A stretch of DNA of 64,000 bases, from contig CP009479.1 of assembly GCA_000965745.1 (NCBI GenBank), positions 800,001 to 864,000 on the forward strand, given 5' to 3'. The notes beneath the pieces were generated by a model. The model did not search any database. It was given only the letters and a program-made list of their open reading frames with translations, and was not told the origin of the DNA. The position numbers were made by a program, and so were the translations under genes. Source of the stretch: an uncultured archaeon (GTDB lineage: Archaea; Thermoplasmatota; Thermoplasmata; Thermoplasmatales; Thermoplasmataceae). Position 1 is the first letter of the stretch; each line of letters opens with the position of its first letter. This document shows positions 20,638-31,379 of the stretch, piece after piece.

Positions 20638-21705
20638 GAGCGAGACCTGGTAAACCCTTGAATTGCTCTGGAGATTAAGGCGCGGTGAAAGAACACTCTC
20701 ATGGATTTCACAGTTTTCTCCTATTGTTGTCTGCCGCATAATTACGGAGCGGTCAATGTTGGTTTTATCCTTGACCCTGGAGGAATCCATGAGTATGGAA
20801 TCTGTTATTTCAACATCGTCCCCGATTGTAACGCCGTCATATATTGCAGACCGCTTTATGACCGCATTCTTTCCGATGGAGACATTCTCCCCGATATATG
20901 TCGGGCCCTCAATAACGGTGTCTGAGTTTCCAGTCCCTATTCTTCTGGACTTGATGATAACCTTCCCTTTCGTGTTCTCGCTATTCATCTCAGTTCCGTA
21001 CTTTTCAGTCATTATCTGGTTGGCCCTGATCATGTCATTGGGCCTTCCCGTATCAAGCCATGTCCCGCTCCCCACATACCCGTATATTTTCTCACTCTCT
21101 TTCAGGAGTTTGGGGAAGAGCTGCTTGGCAAAATCATACTGGATTCCGGACGGGATGTGATCAATGACTTCAGGCTCCATTATGTAGACGCCTGCATTTA
21201 TCAGATTGGAAAAAGTCTCATCCTTGGACGGTTTCTCCAGGAATCTTACAACAAGATCATTCTTGAGCTCCACTATTCCAAACTGTGAAGGATCATCAAC
21301 CGTTGTAAGGCCAATGGTAAGTTTCGACTTCTTTTCCTTATGGAACCTGAGCATGTCAGAAATATCGAAATCAACAAGCGTATCCCCGCTTCCTATTATT
21401 ACGGTATCATCAACAAATTCCCTGACCAGCTTCACGCTTCCGGCAGTTCCTGCAGGCTCTTTTTCCACTGAGAAGAGAATATTCTGGTCCTCGTTCTTGA
21501 ATTCCAGAACACCCATTATAAGCGACTCAAATTTGTATCCTGTAGTGATGATTACATTTTTCACTCCAGCATTGTAATAAGAATTAATTGAGTAGTCTAT
21601 GCACGGCTTTCCCGCAATAGGAACAAGGGGCTTTGGTATGGAATATGTTATCGGCCTGAGCCGGGTGCCTTTGCCTCCAGCCATGATTACTGCCTTAAGT
21701 GCCAT
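20605..21705 (-). CDS. NDP-sugar pyrophosphorylase (mannose-1-phosphate guanylyltransferase-like)
   Basis: MAGGKGTRLRPIT..IPKPL, GTAG, FLEKP, W.DTGRP, C-terminal hexapeptide repeats. Confidence 0.9.
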   Translation of the reverse strand: MALKAVIMAGGKGTRLRPITYSIPKPLVPIAGKPCIDYSINSYYNAGVKNVIITTGYKFESLIMGVLEFKNEDQNILFSVEKEPAGTAGSVKLVREFVDDTVIIGSGDTLVDFDISDMLRFHKEKKSKLTIGLTTVDDPSQFGIVELKNDLVVRFLEKPSKDETFSNLINAGVYIMEPEVIDHIPSGIQYDFAKQLFPKLLKESEKIYGYVGSGTWLDTGRPNDMIRANQIMTEKYGTEMNSENTKGKVIIKSRRIGTGNSDTVIEGPTYIGENVSIGKNAVIKRSAIYDGVTIGDDVEITDSILMDSSRVKDKTNIDRSVIMRQTTIGENCEIHESVLSPRLNLQSNSRVYQVSLSSEIIQEENQ

Positions 21706-21856
21706 GGTTAAGAATGCTCCTGAAATTATTAACATTTATTCTCTATGGCCAGATATTTCCACCACCCCTACCGGGGGAACCTGGACTCCATGCGAAATGA
21801 ACCTGTGCAGGCGCACACAAAATAAATAAATCAAAGGTGATATTTACCCGAATTAT

Positions 21857-23044
21857 ATGAACAAGACCATTCTACTGGTTCCATACTGGATTCTGCTTTT
21901 CAGTATCGGTTTCGGCTGGTTTATCCTGGCCCCGCTTGTACCCGGGCTAATCTCTGATTTCAATGTTTCTGCAGGTATGATCATTCTTCTGATCTCCATC
22001 TACGGATACGCCATGGTGGTTCTGGGGCTGTTGTCCGGATTTCTTTCCGCCAAGTTTACAGCCCGGTTCTCTCTCTCGCTGGCAGGAGCCCTCTCTATTG
22101 TGGGACTCGCGGGAAGGGCTTTCTCGACAAATTACGATGAACTCATCATATTTCAGGTCATAGCTGCTGCAGCTTACCCGCTGGCAATGGCTCCAGTCGG
22201 AAGCGTGGCCACTTCCATAAACCAGGACAAATCCCACACAATAGTCGGCATAAGCGTGGGATCGCTTTTCATGGGAATGGCAATGGGCTCCTTTATCGGC
22301 CCCCGGTTATTCACGCAACTTGGGCTGCAGAATACACTCCTCACAACCCTCGTTCTCTCTGTGGCTGCTATGGCACTCCTTCTTACTGTTGTCGGAAAAT
22401 ATCCTTCAAAATATCAGGGGAAATCTCTCAGGGGCTCTTTTGAGCCGAGCATGGTCAAGAACTGGTACATAGGCCTTGTAATATCCTCTCTCGCAGTAAT
22501 GTTCTCTTCCATCGCTTCAGAATCGCTTGTTGATCAGAGTGTTGCAGACGCAATAGCATACGGCGGCCTTTTCGGAGGGCTATCTTTCCTCGGTTCAGGC
22601 CTGGGGGCAATCATTCTGCCGCCGGTATTTGAGAGGTCGGGCACATTGAAGACAGGTCTGATAGTAACTTCGGTGTTATCGCTTCTTTCAATCTTTGTCC
22701 TCGCATATTTCCTGGTTCACTTCTCTATTTTCTATGTTGCAGCATCGGGATTTTTCCTGTTCGGATTCTTTGGAAACTCATTCTGGGCAATGGCTATGAC
22801 ATCTACTACAAAATACGTGAAAGATCCAGCACAGGCTGGATTTGCCACATCCATGTTCAGCGTAGCTACAAACCTGGGAGTCGCCTTCATCCCCGTCTTT
22901 CTTGGTCCGTTCTTCCTCTCAAACCCGGCAATAGGAATATCAATAGTGGTTCTCATGGTGCTCGTCGCATTTGCAATGTCACCCACCCTCAGGGTTGGCC
23001 CAGACGATGTACAATCATCATCAGGCGAGGGAGCGGAGGTTTGA
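21857..23044 (+). CDS. MFS transporter
   Basis: About 12 TM segments in 395 aa with G..S.KF motif-A-like loop. Confidence 0.8.
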   Translation: MNKTILLVPYWILLFSIGFGWFILAPLVPGLISDFNVSAGMIILLISIYGYAMVVLGLLSGFLSAKFTARFSLSLAGALSIVGLAGRAFSTNYDELIIFQVIAAAAYPLAMAPVGSVATSINQDKSHTIVGISVGSLFMGMAMGSFIGPRLFTQLGLQNTLLTTLVLSVAAMALLLTVVGKYPSKYQGKSLRGSFEPSMVKNWYIGLVISSLAVMFSSIASESLVDQSVADAIAYGGLFGGLSFLGSGLGAIILPPVFERSGTLKTGLIVTSVLSLLSIFVLAYFLVHFSIFYVAASGFFLFGFFGNSFWAMAMTSTTKYVKDPAQAGFATSMFSVATNLGVAFIPVFLGPFFLSNPAIGISIVVLMVLVAFAMSPTLRVGPDDVQSSSGEGAEV

Positions 23045-23162
23045 TCGCCACCATATAGTCATTCCGCCCTTATTTTATCAGGGGCATTCCGGACATTTTC
23101 GGTTTTGAGAAATAAGTGCTAATACTACAAAAGAATAAATTTGGTAATGATATATTCATATA

Positions 23163-24569
23163 ATGTCTAGACTCCATCTCCCCGTATCCTTTGGAAAGAA
23201 TACCGATCAGTTGCTGGCGATGATAGAAGGCTCAGACCCTTCACAATCCTACGATCTTCTGGCCAACCTGAAAAATCTTGGAAAAAGTGAAAGCGAGATA
23301 GTATCTTTGCTGGCTCTTTCCTCTGCAAAATGGATCGATCATTCGGGCCCATATATAGGACACGGAATTCTTAACGCCAATCCTACGCTGAGATCTATTG
23401 AGCTTATGGCGGGAGATGATGCTGATCTGCCCTTGCTGCAGATGTCCATGTACGTTTCCGAACTGATGCGGCACCCTAATTACGGGCCTTACGAAATGCA
23501 GCAGATAGAAGGAATAGAGGGCGATTCTGAAACTGAAACAGCCGCCGATTTGTCCAAGGCAATAAGGTCAGGCAGCAGCAGGTATATGGCCGAGAAACTG
23601 TTCACTGGCCTTTATTCACAGGCTGGGAGGAGCACTGGTGAGTACCTTCTCTATGAAGCTCTTATGCAATATGGTGAGAATGAACACAGACTGCTTCTTC
23701 CTTACCACACAATCAAACTGCTGGAAAGGAACAACTGGGAGAACGCAGTCACATGTCTGAGGCCAACAGTGCAATATCTTTCCGCCAATCCCGACATCTC
23801 ACATGGGGTCAAGGCAGAGCAGCTTTCCAAGACGGTGGACTTCGGCGAGATAATCAGCAGGGGGGACGCTTTTGACCAGGAGAATTCCTATGATCTGACG
23901 AGAATGCTTCTGAATTCAGTACTGGGCAACGAGATGATAGTCCTTGCGGACTACGCCAAAAGATCCACGTTGCAGGATATGTACGAGGCAATAGCCCTGT
24001 CCAGCACCATACTGCTTCTAAATTCGGACCTTGAACAGCATTCAGTAACGGGGAAACATTGCATACTGTCAATGATCAAGGACAGGGATCTTCCTGACAG
24101 AATCAAGAAGATAGCACTTCTCTCATCGCTTGAGGGGCCAAGGGCACGCAGGATAAAAGCGTACATCCTGAAATCGCTGGACGCATATATGAAGGTGCCA
24201 GACATTCCGGAGACGGCAAGCGAAGAGGATCTTCTTAGCAGGCTGGAAGGCGAGATACTCAAGGGGCAGCAGGAAAACGCATTCAAGCTTTCAGGAAGTT
24301 ATGTAAGGTCGGGATACAGCACTGATCGTCTCGCAAAGGCACTCCTTTCTATCTGTTTCAGGACAGAGAGCCCGTTTGAGTCATTGCACACAAGCAAGAT
24401 GCTCGTAGGCATGAGGGACGTTACAGTCTCTTCTGAAAGCGATATGAAATGGATTCATTTGGCTGCTGCTTCCAGATTCGTAGCAGAAATGGTGAAAAAA
24501 GAAAAGGCAGCTTCAAAAACTGCCATGGAATATTACAGGAAATACAGGGAAATAGTGGGGACAGACTGA
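23163..24569 (+). CDS. Hypothetical all-helical protein with four internal His-motif repeats
   Basis: 468-aa ORF; repeat units centred on GHG, EHR, QHS and LHT. Confidence 0.7.
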   Translation: MSRLHLPVSFGKNTDQLLAMIEGSDPSQSYDLLANLKNLGKSESEIVSLLALSSAKWIDHSGPYIGHGILNANPTLRSIELMAGDDADLPLLQMSMYVSELMRHPNYGPYEMQQIEGIEGDSETETAADLSKAIRSGSSRYMAEKLFTGLYSQAGRSTGEYLLYEALMQYGENEHRLLLPYHTIKLLERNNWENAVTCLRPTVQYLSANPDISHGVKAEQLSKTVDFGEIISRGDAFDQENSYDLTRMLLNSVLGNEMIVLADYAKRSTLQDMYEAIALSSTILLLNSDLEQHSVTGKHCILSMIKDRDLPDRIKKIALLSSLEGPRARRIKAYILKSLDAYMKVPDIPETASEEDLLSRLEGEILKGQQENAFKLSGSYVRSGYSTDRLAKALLSICFRTESPFESLHTSKMLVGMRDVTVSSESDMKWIHLAAASRFVAEMVKKEKAASKTAMEYYRKYREIVGTD

Positions 24570-24587
24570 TCGGCTGCTCCTGGCAGA

Positions 24588-26243
24588 TCACCTGAAATAT
24601 GGTGTCCTGAACTTTACTCCCTTTTCTATGAGTTTTCTCGATCTCTCATATCCTGCATCAGCATGCCTTATCACTCCAAGGCCCGGATCAGCGTTAAGAA
24701 CTCTCTTCATTCTTTCCTCGCTTTCGGAGGTTCCATCCGCAACCATCACGAAACCCGCATGAATGGCGTTTCCAATTCCGGTTCCACCGCCGTGATGGAC
24801 TGATACCCATGAAGCCCCTGATATCGCATTAAGAAGTGCATTGAGTATTGGCCAGTCTGCGATTGCATCGCTTCCATCCTTCATTGCCTCTGTCTCCCTG
24901 TATGGTGAGGCCACGGACCCTGTGTCGTGATGATCCCTTCCAATTGCAACCGGAGCCTTCAGCTCGCCTTTCCTTACCATATCATTTATCATCAGGCCGA
25001 TAGCCTCCCTCTGCCCGTATTCAGCATAACATATTCTGGCAGGAAGCCCCTGAAAACTGACCTTCTCCTTTGCCAGCTTTATCCATTTTACCAGGTGCTT
25101 GTCATCAGCAAAATTCCTGATTATGGCATCATCTATCCTGTATATGTCTTCCGGGTCGCCAGATAGGGCTACCCACCTGAAAGGGCCTGATCCAACGGAA
25201 AAAAGGTCCCTTATGTACCCTGGGACATATCCCGGGATTTCAAAGGCATTCTCCATGCCTCCTTCCTGGGCCCTCCCTCGCAGGTTGTTACCGTAATCAA
25301 ACGCAACAGAACCCCTGGACTTGAACCAGAGGATGGCTTTTGCCTCCTTCACTATTGATTCATAGACCTTCTTCAGGTAACCATCCCTGTCTTTCTTGAA
25401 GAAACTGGCCGCAGTCTCCACCGTGTAACCTTCGGGGATGTAACCTACATTAATGTCGTGGGCCGCCGTCTGATCGGACACTATATCCGGAACTATACCA
25501 CGCTCCATCAATTCGTTGTAGACGGTCGCCGCATTTCCAAGAACAGCAATGGACAGGGGCTTTCTTTTGGCAACATACTCATCCTTGAGCTTGAGTGCTT
25601 CTTCAAGAGATTCCGCCTGCATGTCCAGGTAATTGTCCCTCAGCCTTCTCCTGATCTTCTCCTCATCCACCTCTATTATTACAGACACGCCGCCATTCAT
25701 TGTCACAGCAAGCGGCTGTGCGCCTCCCATCTCCCCAAGTCCTGACGAAAGCAGCCACTTCCCGGATAGATCATCCCGGTCAAATTCCTTTCTGGATATG
25801 GCAGACAGTGTTTCATAGGTTCCCTGCAGGATGCCCTGTGTCCCGATATAAATCCAGCTTCCTGCTGTCATCTGCCCGTACATTGTCAGGCCTCTGGCCT
25901 CAAGATCCCAGAAAATATCATCGGTTGCCCATTTTGGAACAATCTGGGCATTTGAAATTAGAACCCTCGGGCTGCCGGGGGTGGTCCTGAAAATTCCAAC
26001 CGGTTTTCCGGACTGTACCAGCAGCGTTTCGTCATTTTCAAGATCCTTGAGTGACTGCACAATCTTGTCATACGCTTCCCAGTTTCTCGCAGCTTTTCCT
26101 TTCCCACCGTAAACAATCAGGTTGTCCGGGTCCTTTGCCACCATTGGATCAAGGTTGTTCATCAGGAGTCTTAGGGCCGCCTCCTGGTGCCATCCTTTGG
26201 TGACGAGCCTGGAACCTTTTGGAGCGTGAATTTCTTTGAGCAT
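24588..26243 (-). CDS. hutU: Urocanate hydratase
   Basis: [48 protein letters not shown]; start refined to ATG 26243. Confidence 0.97.
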   Translation of the reverse strand: MLKEIHAPKGSRLVTKGWHQEAALRLLMNNLDPMVAKDPDNLIVYGGKGKAARNWEAYDKIVQSLKDLENDETLLVQSGKPVGIFRTTPGSPRVLISNAQIVPKWATDDIFWDLEARGLTMYGQMTAGSWIYIGTQGILQGTYETLSAISRKEFDRDDLSGKWLLSSGLGEMGGAQPLAVTMNGGVSVIIEVDEEKIRRRLRDNYLDMQAESLEEALKLKDEYVAKRKPLSIAVLGNAATVYNELMERGIVPDIVSDQTAAHDINVGYIPEGYTVETAASFFKKDRDGYLKKVYESIVKEAKAILWFKSRGSVAFDYGNNLRGRAQEGGMENAFEIPGYVPGYIRDLFSVGSGPFRWVALSGDPEDIYRIDDAIIRNFADDKHLVKWIKLAKEKVSFQGLPARICYAEYGQREAIGLMINDMVRKGELKAPVAIGRDHHDTGSVASPYRETEAMKDGSDAIADWPILNALLNAISGASWVSVHHGGGTGIGNAIHAGFVMVADGTSESEERMKRVLNADPGLGVIRHADAGYERSRKLIEKGVKFRTPYFR

Positions 26244-26306
26244 CAAAACCAAAATAATATGTTTAAAAGCAAAATATACTTTCCGCTGATATACGGGTTT
26301 TGACAG

Positions 26307-27071
26307 ATGTCTGTGAGATTTGCCTCCTGGAACGTAAATGGAATAAGGGCTGCCAGCAAGAATGGCCTGGTAGAATTCATCGAGAAATACGAATTTGACG
26401 CCATAATGCTGCAGGAAATAAAGGCAGACAAAAAACAGGTCCCCGAGGAACTCCATCATTACGGCTATTACGTTGAGGTATTCCCCTCCAGAAAGAAGGG
26501 GTATTCAGGCACCATGTGCATGTTCAAGGACAAAGCAGTATCGGTGAAGAACGGGATAGGGGACAGGGATTTTGATTCAGAAGGCCGGGTTCAGGTATTG
26601 GAGTATGACGGATACTTTCTGGTCAATTCATACTTTCCGAATTCACAGCGTGGACTGACAAGGCTGGGATACAAGCTTCAGTTCAACGATCTCTTTCTTG
26701 AATTCTGCGACGACCTGAGGAAAGAAAAACCTGTCATCATATGCGGCGATTTCAATGTGGCACACGAAGACAGAGATATAGCACGGCCTAATGACAACAG
26801 GAAAAATGCAGGTTTCACCGAAGAAGAAAGGACATGGATGACAAAGTTTCTCGATTCAGGATACCTGGACACATTCAGGATGTTTAGCGATGAGGGTGGC
26901 CAATACACCTGGTGGACATACAGGTTCAACGCAAGGGAAAGAAATATAGGCTGGAGGATAGATTATTTCATAGTTTCAGAAGAATTGAAAAATAAGGTGA
27001 AGGGTGCTGGTATTTTGCAGGAAGTATCCGGCTCTGATCATGCACCTGTTTTTATGGAGCTTGAATCCTAG
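26307..27071 (+). CDS. xth: Exodeoxyribonuclease III / AP endonuclease
   Basis: [33 protein letters not shown]. Confidence 0.95.
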   Translation: MSVRFASWNVNGIRAASKNGLVEFIEKYEFDAIMLQEIKADKKQVPEELHHYGYYVEVFPSRKKGYSGTMCMFKDKAVSVKNGIGDRDFDSEGRVQVLEYDGYFLVNSYFPNSQRGLTRLGYKLQFNDLFLEFCDDLRKEKPVIICGDFNVAHEDRDIARPNDNRKNAGFTEEERTWMTKFLDSGYLDTFRMFSDEGGQYTWWTYRFNARERNIGWRIDYFIVSEELKNKVKGAGILQEVSGSDHAPVFMELES

Positions 27072-28351
27072 AGCGGCTTTCTGATAGTCTTGTTCCTGTC
27101 AGCACCAAGGGATATGATTTCGACAGGCCTTTTCATCCTGTTCTCTATGTATTCTATGTATTCCTTCACTTCTCTGGGCAGGTCTGAATATTCGATCCTC
27201 TTTCCATCCTTCCCAATGTCTGAAAGATCTCCCCATGGCTTGAATTCCCTGTAGGACACTTTCACCTTTTCAAGGTCATCAAGGCTTCTCGGAATGTATT
27301 TTATTTCTTCACCGTCGAGGGAGTATCTCTCGCCAACGTATACCCTGTCCATCTGGCCAAGCGTGTCAATTTTTGTTATAGCGAGGGTATCAACATCATT
27401 TATTCTGATAGCGTATGAAAGCAGGTTCAGATCCAGCCATCCAACTCTCCTTGGCCTTCCGGTTGTGGTTCCGTACTCATTTCCATAGCCTCTAAGTCTG
27501 TCCGCGTCCTCTCCTGAAATCTCAGTCGGGAAGGGTCCTGCACCGACCTTTGATGTGTATGCCTTTACAACTCCAATCACTCTGTCCACTTTTCTAAAGG
27601 GAAAGCCTGAACCGTTGGACAAAGCGCCAGCAAGGGTATTGGAAGAAGTCACAAACGGGTACAGTCCGAAATCTATGTCAAGCATAGTTCCCTGTGCACC
27701 TTCGAAAAGTATGTTTTCTCCCTTCTCGTACGAATCGAAAATAAAGTCCTCAGTGTAGTCAAGATACTTAGATATCTCCTTTCCGGCTTTCAGGAGCTTT
27801 TCCACCATCCGGAACCGTGCATCATCAGAGTTGAATTCTGAACCTTCCAGGAGTGCTTTCTTCATTCGGAAAATCGTTTCCACCTTATCGGTAAGAATCT
27901 CCCTGTCCAGAAGATCTACCATTCTGACTCCTGTGCGTGCGTACTTGTCCTCATAGGTAGGACCAATTCCCTGGGCAGTTGTCCCTATCCTAAGCTTGGA
28001 CCGGATTTCTTCCTCGGCTTTGTCAAGGAATTTATGTAGGGGTGTTACTACGTGGGCAAGCCTGCTTATCTTGATCTGAACATCCGCGTGGACATGCTTC
28101 AATTTATCAATCTCGTCAAGCAGCCCGAACGGATCGATTACCATCCCATTGCCGAGAATAACGTTCCTGCTCCTCAGAGCTCCTGCGGGTATGAGGTAGA
28201 ACTTATGGAGTCCCTTGTCGGTAACCACAGTGTGGCCGGCATTGTTCCCGCCGTTGAATCTCACCACCGTGCTGTACTTCTCACTCAGGTAATCAGTGAC
28301 TTTCCCCTTCCCTTCATCTCCAAACTGGAGACCTAAAATTACTGTAATCAT
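27068..28351 (-). CDS. purA: Adenylosuccinate synthetase
   Basis: GDEGKGK, GG.NAGHT, EGAQG, GTTTGRPRR.GW.D. Confidence 0.97.
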   Translation of the reverse strand: MITVILGLQFGDEGKGKVTDYLSEKYSTVVRFNGGNNAGHTVVTDKGLHKFYLIPAGALRSRNVILGNGMVIDPFGLLDEIDKLKHVHADVQIKISRLAHVVTPLHKFLDKAEEEIRSKLRIGTTAQGIGPTYEDKYARTGVRMVDLLDREILTDKVETIFRMKKALLEGSEFNSDDARFRMVEKLLKAGKEISKYLDYTEDFIFDSYEKGENILFEGAQGTMLDIDFGLYPFVTSSNTLAGALSNGSGFPFRKVDRVIGVVKAYTSKVGAGPFPTEISGEDADRLRGYGNEYGTTTGRPRRVGWLDLNLLSYAIRINDVDTLAITKIDTLGQMDRVYVGERYSLDGEEIKYIPRSLDDLEKVKVSYREFKPWGDLSDIGKDGKRIEYSDLPREVKEYIEYIENRMKRPVEIISLGADRNKTIRKPL

Positions 28352-28581
28352 AACAACGTGAACGCTCACCAGAATGAGCTAATCACTCTCACCTCCAACC
28401 AATTCATTCCGAAAACCCTTCTCTAATTCGGCAAAAGCATATTATGGTTATCCAAGTGAAAAATGGATCATGGGAAGGCACATGGCATAATCACGGTACT
28501 ATGCTCATATTTTGGAGCTCAGTAATATAACAGTATATGAGAAAATTAAAAGTCATTGGTCTGCATAACAGGGTGATTCAG

Positions 28582-29799
28582 ATGGCTTATATTGAAGTCA
28601 AGGAAAACTCAGAAATTATCGTTCCAGACAATCCAACCATAGGCTACATAGAAGGTGACGGAATAGGTCCGGATATAAGCAAGGCCACAATATCAGTAAT
28701 AAATTCCGCCCTGGAATTCTCGTATGAAGGTTCCAGGTCAATAGTATGGGAAAAGGTATTCGCTGGAGAGGAGGCTTTCGAAAAGACAGGAAAACATCTG
28801 CCCCAGGAATCCCTCGATCAGATAAGGAAGTGTGTGGTCGCAATCAAGGGTCCGCTGACAACACCCATCGGGCAAGGATTCAGGAGCCTGAATGTCGCGC
28901 TCAGGCAGTATTTTGACCTTTATGCAAACGTGAGGCCGGTCAAGTACTTCCCCGGAGTGCCTTCACCTGTAAAAGCCCCGGAAAAAATGAATATGGTCGT
29001 ATTCAGGGAGAACACAGAGGATGTGTACGCAGGAATAGAATGGAAACACGACTCTTTGGAAGCGGCTGAGGTAAGGAACTTCCTTTCAAGCAAGCTTGGG
29101 GTAAAGCTTACTGATGACACTGGAATAGGGCTGAAACCTATAAGCAGGTTCAGGTCAAGCAGGCTGGTAAGAAAAGCCATCCAGTATGCAATCAAGAACA
29201 ACAGGAGAAGTGTAACCCTTGTCCACAAGGGAAACATAATGAAATACACTGAGGGGGCGTTCAAGGACTGGGGATATGAAGTGGCCTCATCCGAATTCTC
29301 CGAAGAAACTGTCACCGAAGAGGACTACATGAAGGACCCAGAACTGTATTCAGGAAAGATAATTGTGAAAGACAGGATTGCAGACAACATGTTTCAACAG
29401 ATCCTGACAAGGACGGATGACTACGACATCATTGCAACAACAAACCTTAACGGCGACTATCTGTCCGATGCCATGGCAGCTCAGGTTGGAGGCCTTGGCC
29501 TCGCGCCTGGAGGAAACATGGGAGATACGCATGCAATCTTTGAGGCAGTTCACGGAACAGCTCCAAAATATGCCGGCCTTGATGTTGCGAACCCCACTTC
29601 ATTGATGCTGTCTGGTGTAATGATGCTACGGCACCTTGGTTGGTCTGAGGCTGCAGATGTCACAGAATCAGCAATCATGGAAGCATATTCGGATCAGAAG
29701 GTAACACAGGATCTGGCAAGGGTTCTTAACATAAAGGCTCTGAAATGCTCTGAATTTGCCGAAGAAGTGATCAAGCGCATGAAATCCCCAAAACAGTAA
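28582..29799 (+). CDS. icd: NADP-dependent isocitrate dehydrogenase
   Basis: EGDGIGPD, KGPLTTP, RSLNV.LRQ, VHKGNIMK, NLNGDY.SD, HGTAPKYAG; SD GGGTGA before ATG 28582. Confidence 0.96.
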   Translation: MAYIEVKENSEIIVPDNPTIGYIEGDGIGPDISKATISVINSALEFSYEGSRSIVWEKVFAGEEAFEKTGKHLPQESLDQIRKCVVAIKGPLTTPIGQGFRSLNVALRQYFDLYANVRPVKYFPGVPSPVKAPEKMNMVVFRENTEDVYAGIEWKHDSLEAAEVRNFLSSKLGVKLTDDTGIGLKPISRFRSSRLVRKAIQYAIKNNRRSVTLVHKGNIMKYTEGAFKDWGYEVASSEFSEETVTEEDYMKDPELYSGKIIVKDRIADNMFQQILTRTDDYDIIATTNLNGDYLSDAMAAQVGGLGLAPGGNMGDTHAIFEAVHGTAPKYAGLDVANPTSLMLSGVMMLRHLGWSEAADVTESAIMEAYSDQKVTQDLARVLNIKALKCSEFAEEVIKRMKSPKQ

Positions 29800-29810
29800 T
29801 AAAAACTGAT

Positions 29811-29830
29811 TCCCCCTTTCACCGGGGGGG
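29811..29830. terminator. GC hairpin between convergent icd and aldehyde dehydrogenase genes
   Basis: TCCCCC-TTTCACC-GGGGGGG with A-rich flanks. Confidence 0.45.
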
Positions 29831-29841
29831 TTAAAACCAGT

Positions 29842-31212
29842 TCATCTTTTGAATATTGCCAGTTTGATCTCTGTCATTTCTTCAATAGAGAATCTTACGC
29901 CTTCCCTCCCAAGCCCACTCTTTTTCATTCCCCCGAAGGGCATGGTATCAACCCTGAAGTCGGAAGTGTCATTAACAAGGACCGCACCGAAGTCCAGCCT
30001 GTCTATGGCGTGCATTGCCAGGTCCATGCTGGCAGTGAAGATACCGGCCTGAAGTCCATATGAAACGCCGTTGGCAAGTTCCAGAGCTTCCTCCATCGAA
30101 CTTACACTTTTCAACATCGTTACGGGCCCGAAAATCTCCTTCGTCCACACATCAGAACCTGTATCAACATCTTCCAGCACCGTAGGATGCATTACCACTC
30201 CTTCTCTACGCCCACCTGCTAGGAGGGAAGCTCCCCCTTTCACGGCATCTTCCACCAGGGACTCAACTCTCTTTGCTTCTCCTTCCGAAATCATCGGGCC
30301 CACATCCGTTTCTGGATTCAGCGGGTCGCCGATCTTGAGCCTGGATGTCAGTTCAAGAACCCTGTTCTTCAAGTATTCGTAGACATCATCCTTGATCAGA
30401 ATTCTCTGAGCATGAATGCAGTTCTGCCCCTGCGCCTCGAAGGCTGCATCAACTACAAGTTCTGCAGCCTGATCCAGATCCGCATCATTCCAGACTATCA
30501 CAGGAGAGTTGTTCCCAAGCTCCATTGAGTATTTCTTTATTCCCGACTCCCTGATGAGCTTGTCCGCGGCCTCCGGCCCCCCCGTGAATGTTACCATCTT
30601 GATGTCCTCTGCATTCAGGAAGTACTTCGTGACCTCTCCGCTTCCCGAAGCAAGCACTGTCTGCAGTGCATGCTCGGGAAGTCCTGCTTCAACAAGCGCC
30701 TCTCTTAGCTTCACTGCGGATTGTGGAGTAAGGGAGGCAGGCTTGTTGATTACGGAATTCCCGGCTGCAAGTGCGGGGCCCACTTTGTGCGCCACGAGAT
30801 TCAGTGGGTCATTGAATGGTGTGACAGCAAACACAGGGCCGATTGGCACTCTTGTGTAGTATGCAAATCTGTTTATCCCTCTTGGCTCAACATCCAGAGG
30901 TATTGTCTCCCCGTATATCCGCTTGGCCTCCTCACCAGATGTGAGCATCGTGAACGCAGCTCTCCTGACTTCCCCCCTCGCATACTTTATCGGTTTTCCC
31001 GCTTCCGAGGAAATTGTCCTGGCAAACTCATCAATCTCCCGTTCAATAATCTTGGAAGCATCGTAGAGTATTTCATACCTCTCGTAGGCAGGCATTTTCT
31101 TCATGGTCTGAAACGCCTCCTTTGCCTTTTCTAAAACGGATTCCGCATCCTTGAGTGAAGTGTCAGGCAGTTTAACAAATTCCTCCTGGGTATATTTGTT
31201 CTTGACAATCAT
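29842..31212 (-). CDS. NAD(P)-dependent aldehyde dehydrogenase
   Basis: TPFN, FTGG, ELG, GQNC (catalytic Cys), EIFGP, PFGG.K.SG.GREG. Confidence 0.92.
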   Translation of the reverse strand: MIVKNKYTQEEFVKLPDTSLKDAESVLEKAKEAFQTMKKMPAYERYEILYDASKIIEREIDEFARTISSEAGKPIKYARGEVRRAAFTMLTSGEEAKRIYGETIPLDVEPRGINRFAYYTRVPIGPVFAVTPFNDPLNLVAHKVGPALAAGNSVINKPASLTPQSAVKLREALVEAGLPEHALQTVLASGSGEVTKYFLNAEDIKMVTFTGGPEAADKLIRESGIKKYSMELGNNSPVIVWNDADLDQAAELVVDAAFEAQGQNCIHAQRILIKDDVYEYLKNRVLELTSRLKIGDPLNPETDVGPMISEGEAKRVESLVEDAVKGGASLLAGGRREGVVMHPTVLEDVDTGSDVWTKEIFGPVTMLKSVSSMEEALELANGVSYGLQAGIFTASMDLAMHAIDRLDFGAVLVNDTSDFRVDTMPFGGMKKSGLGREGVRFSIEEMTEIKLAIFKR

Positions 31213-31379
31213 GAATAAGAAATTCAACAAATGAAATATATCTTATTCCATATCTGTTCGAAAATATGGGTTAAAAACAGGCAAATTTTCGAAGAAATGA
31301 TGGGCATCCAGCAACACATGAGCCATATTTCCCTTCTTGCAGTATATAGCCGGTAGATTGTCTTTCTGGAGCTAAGGGT

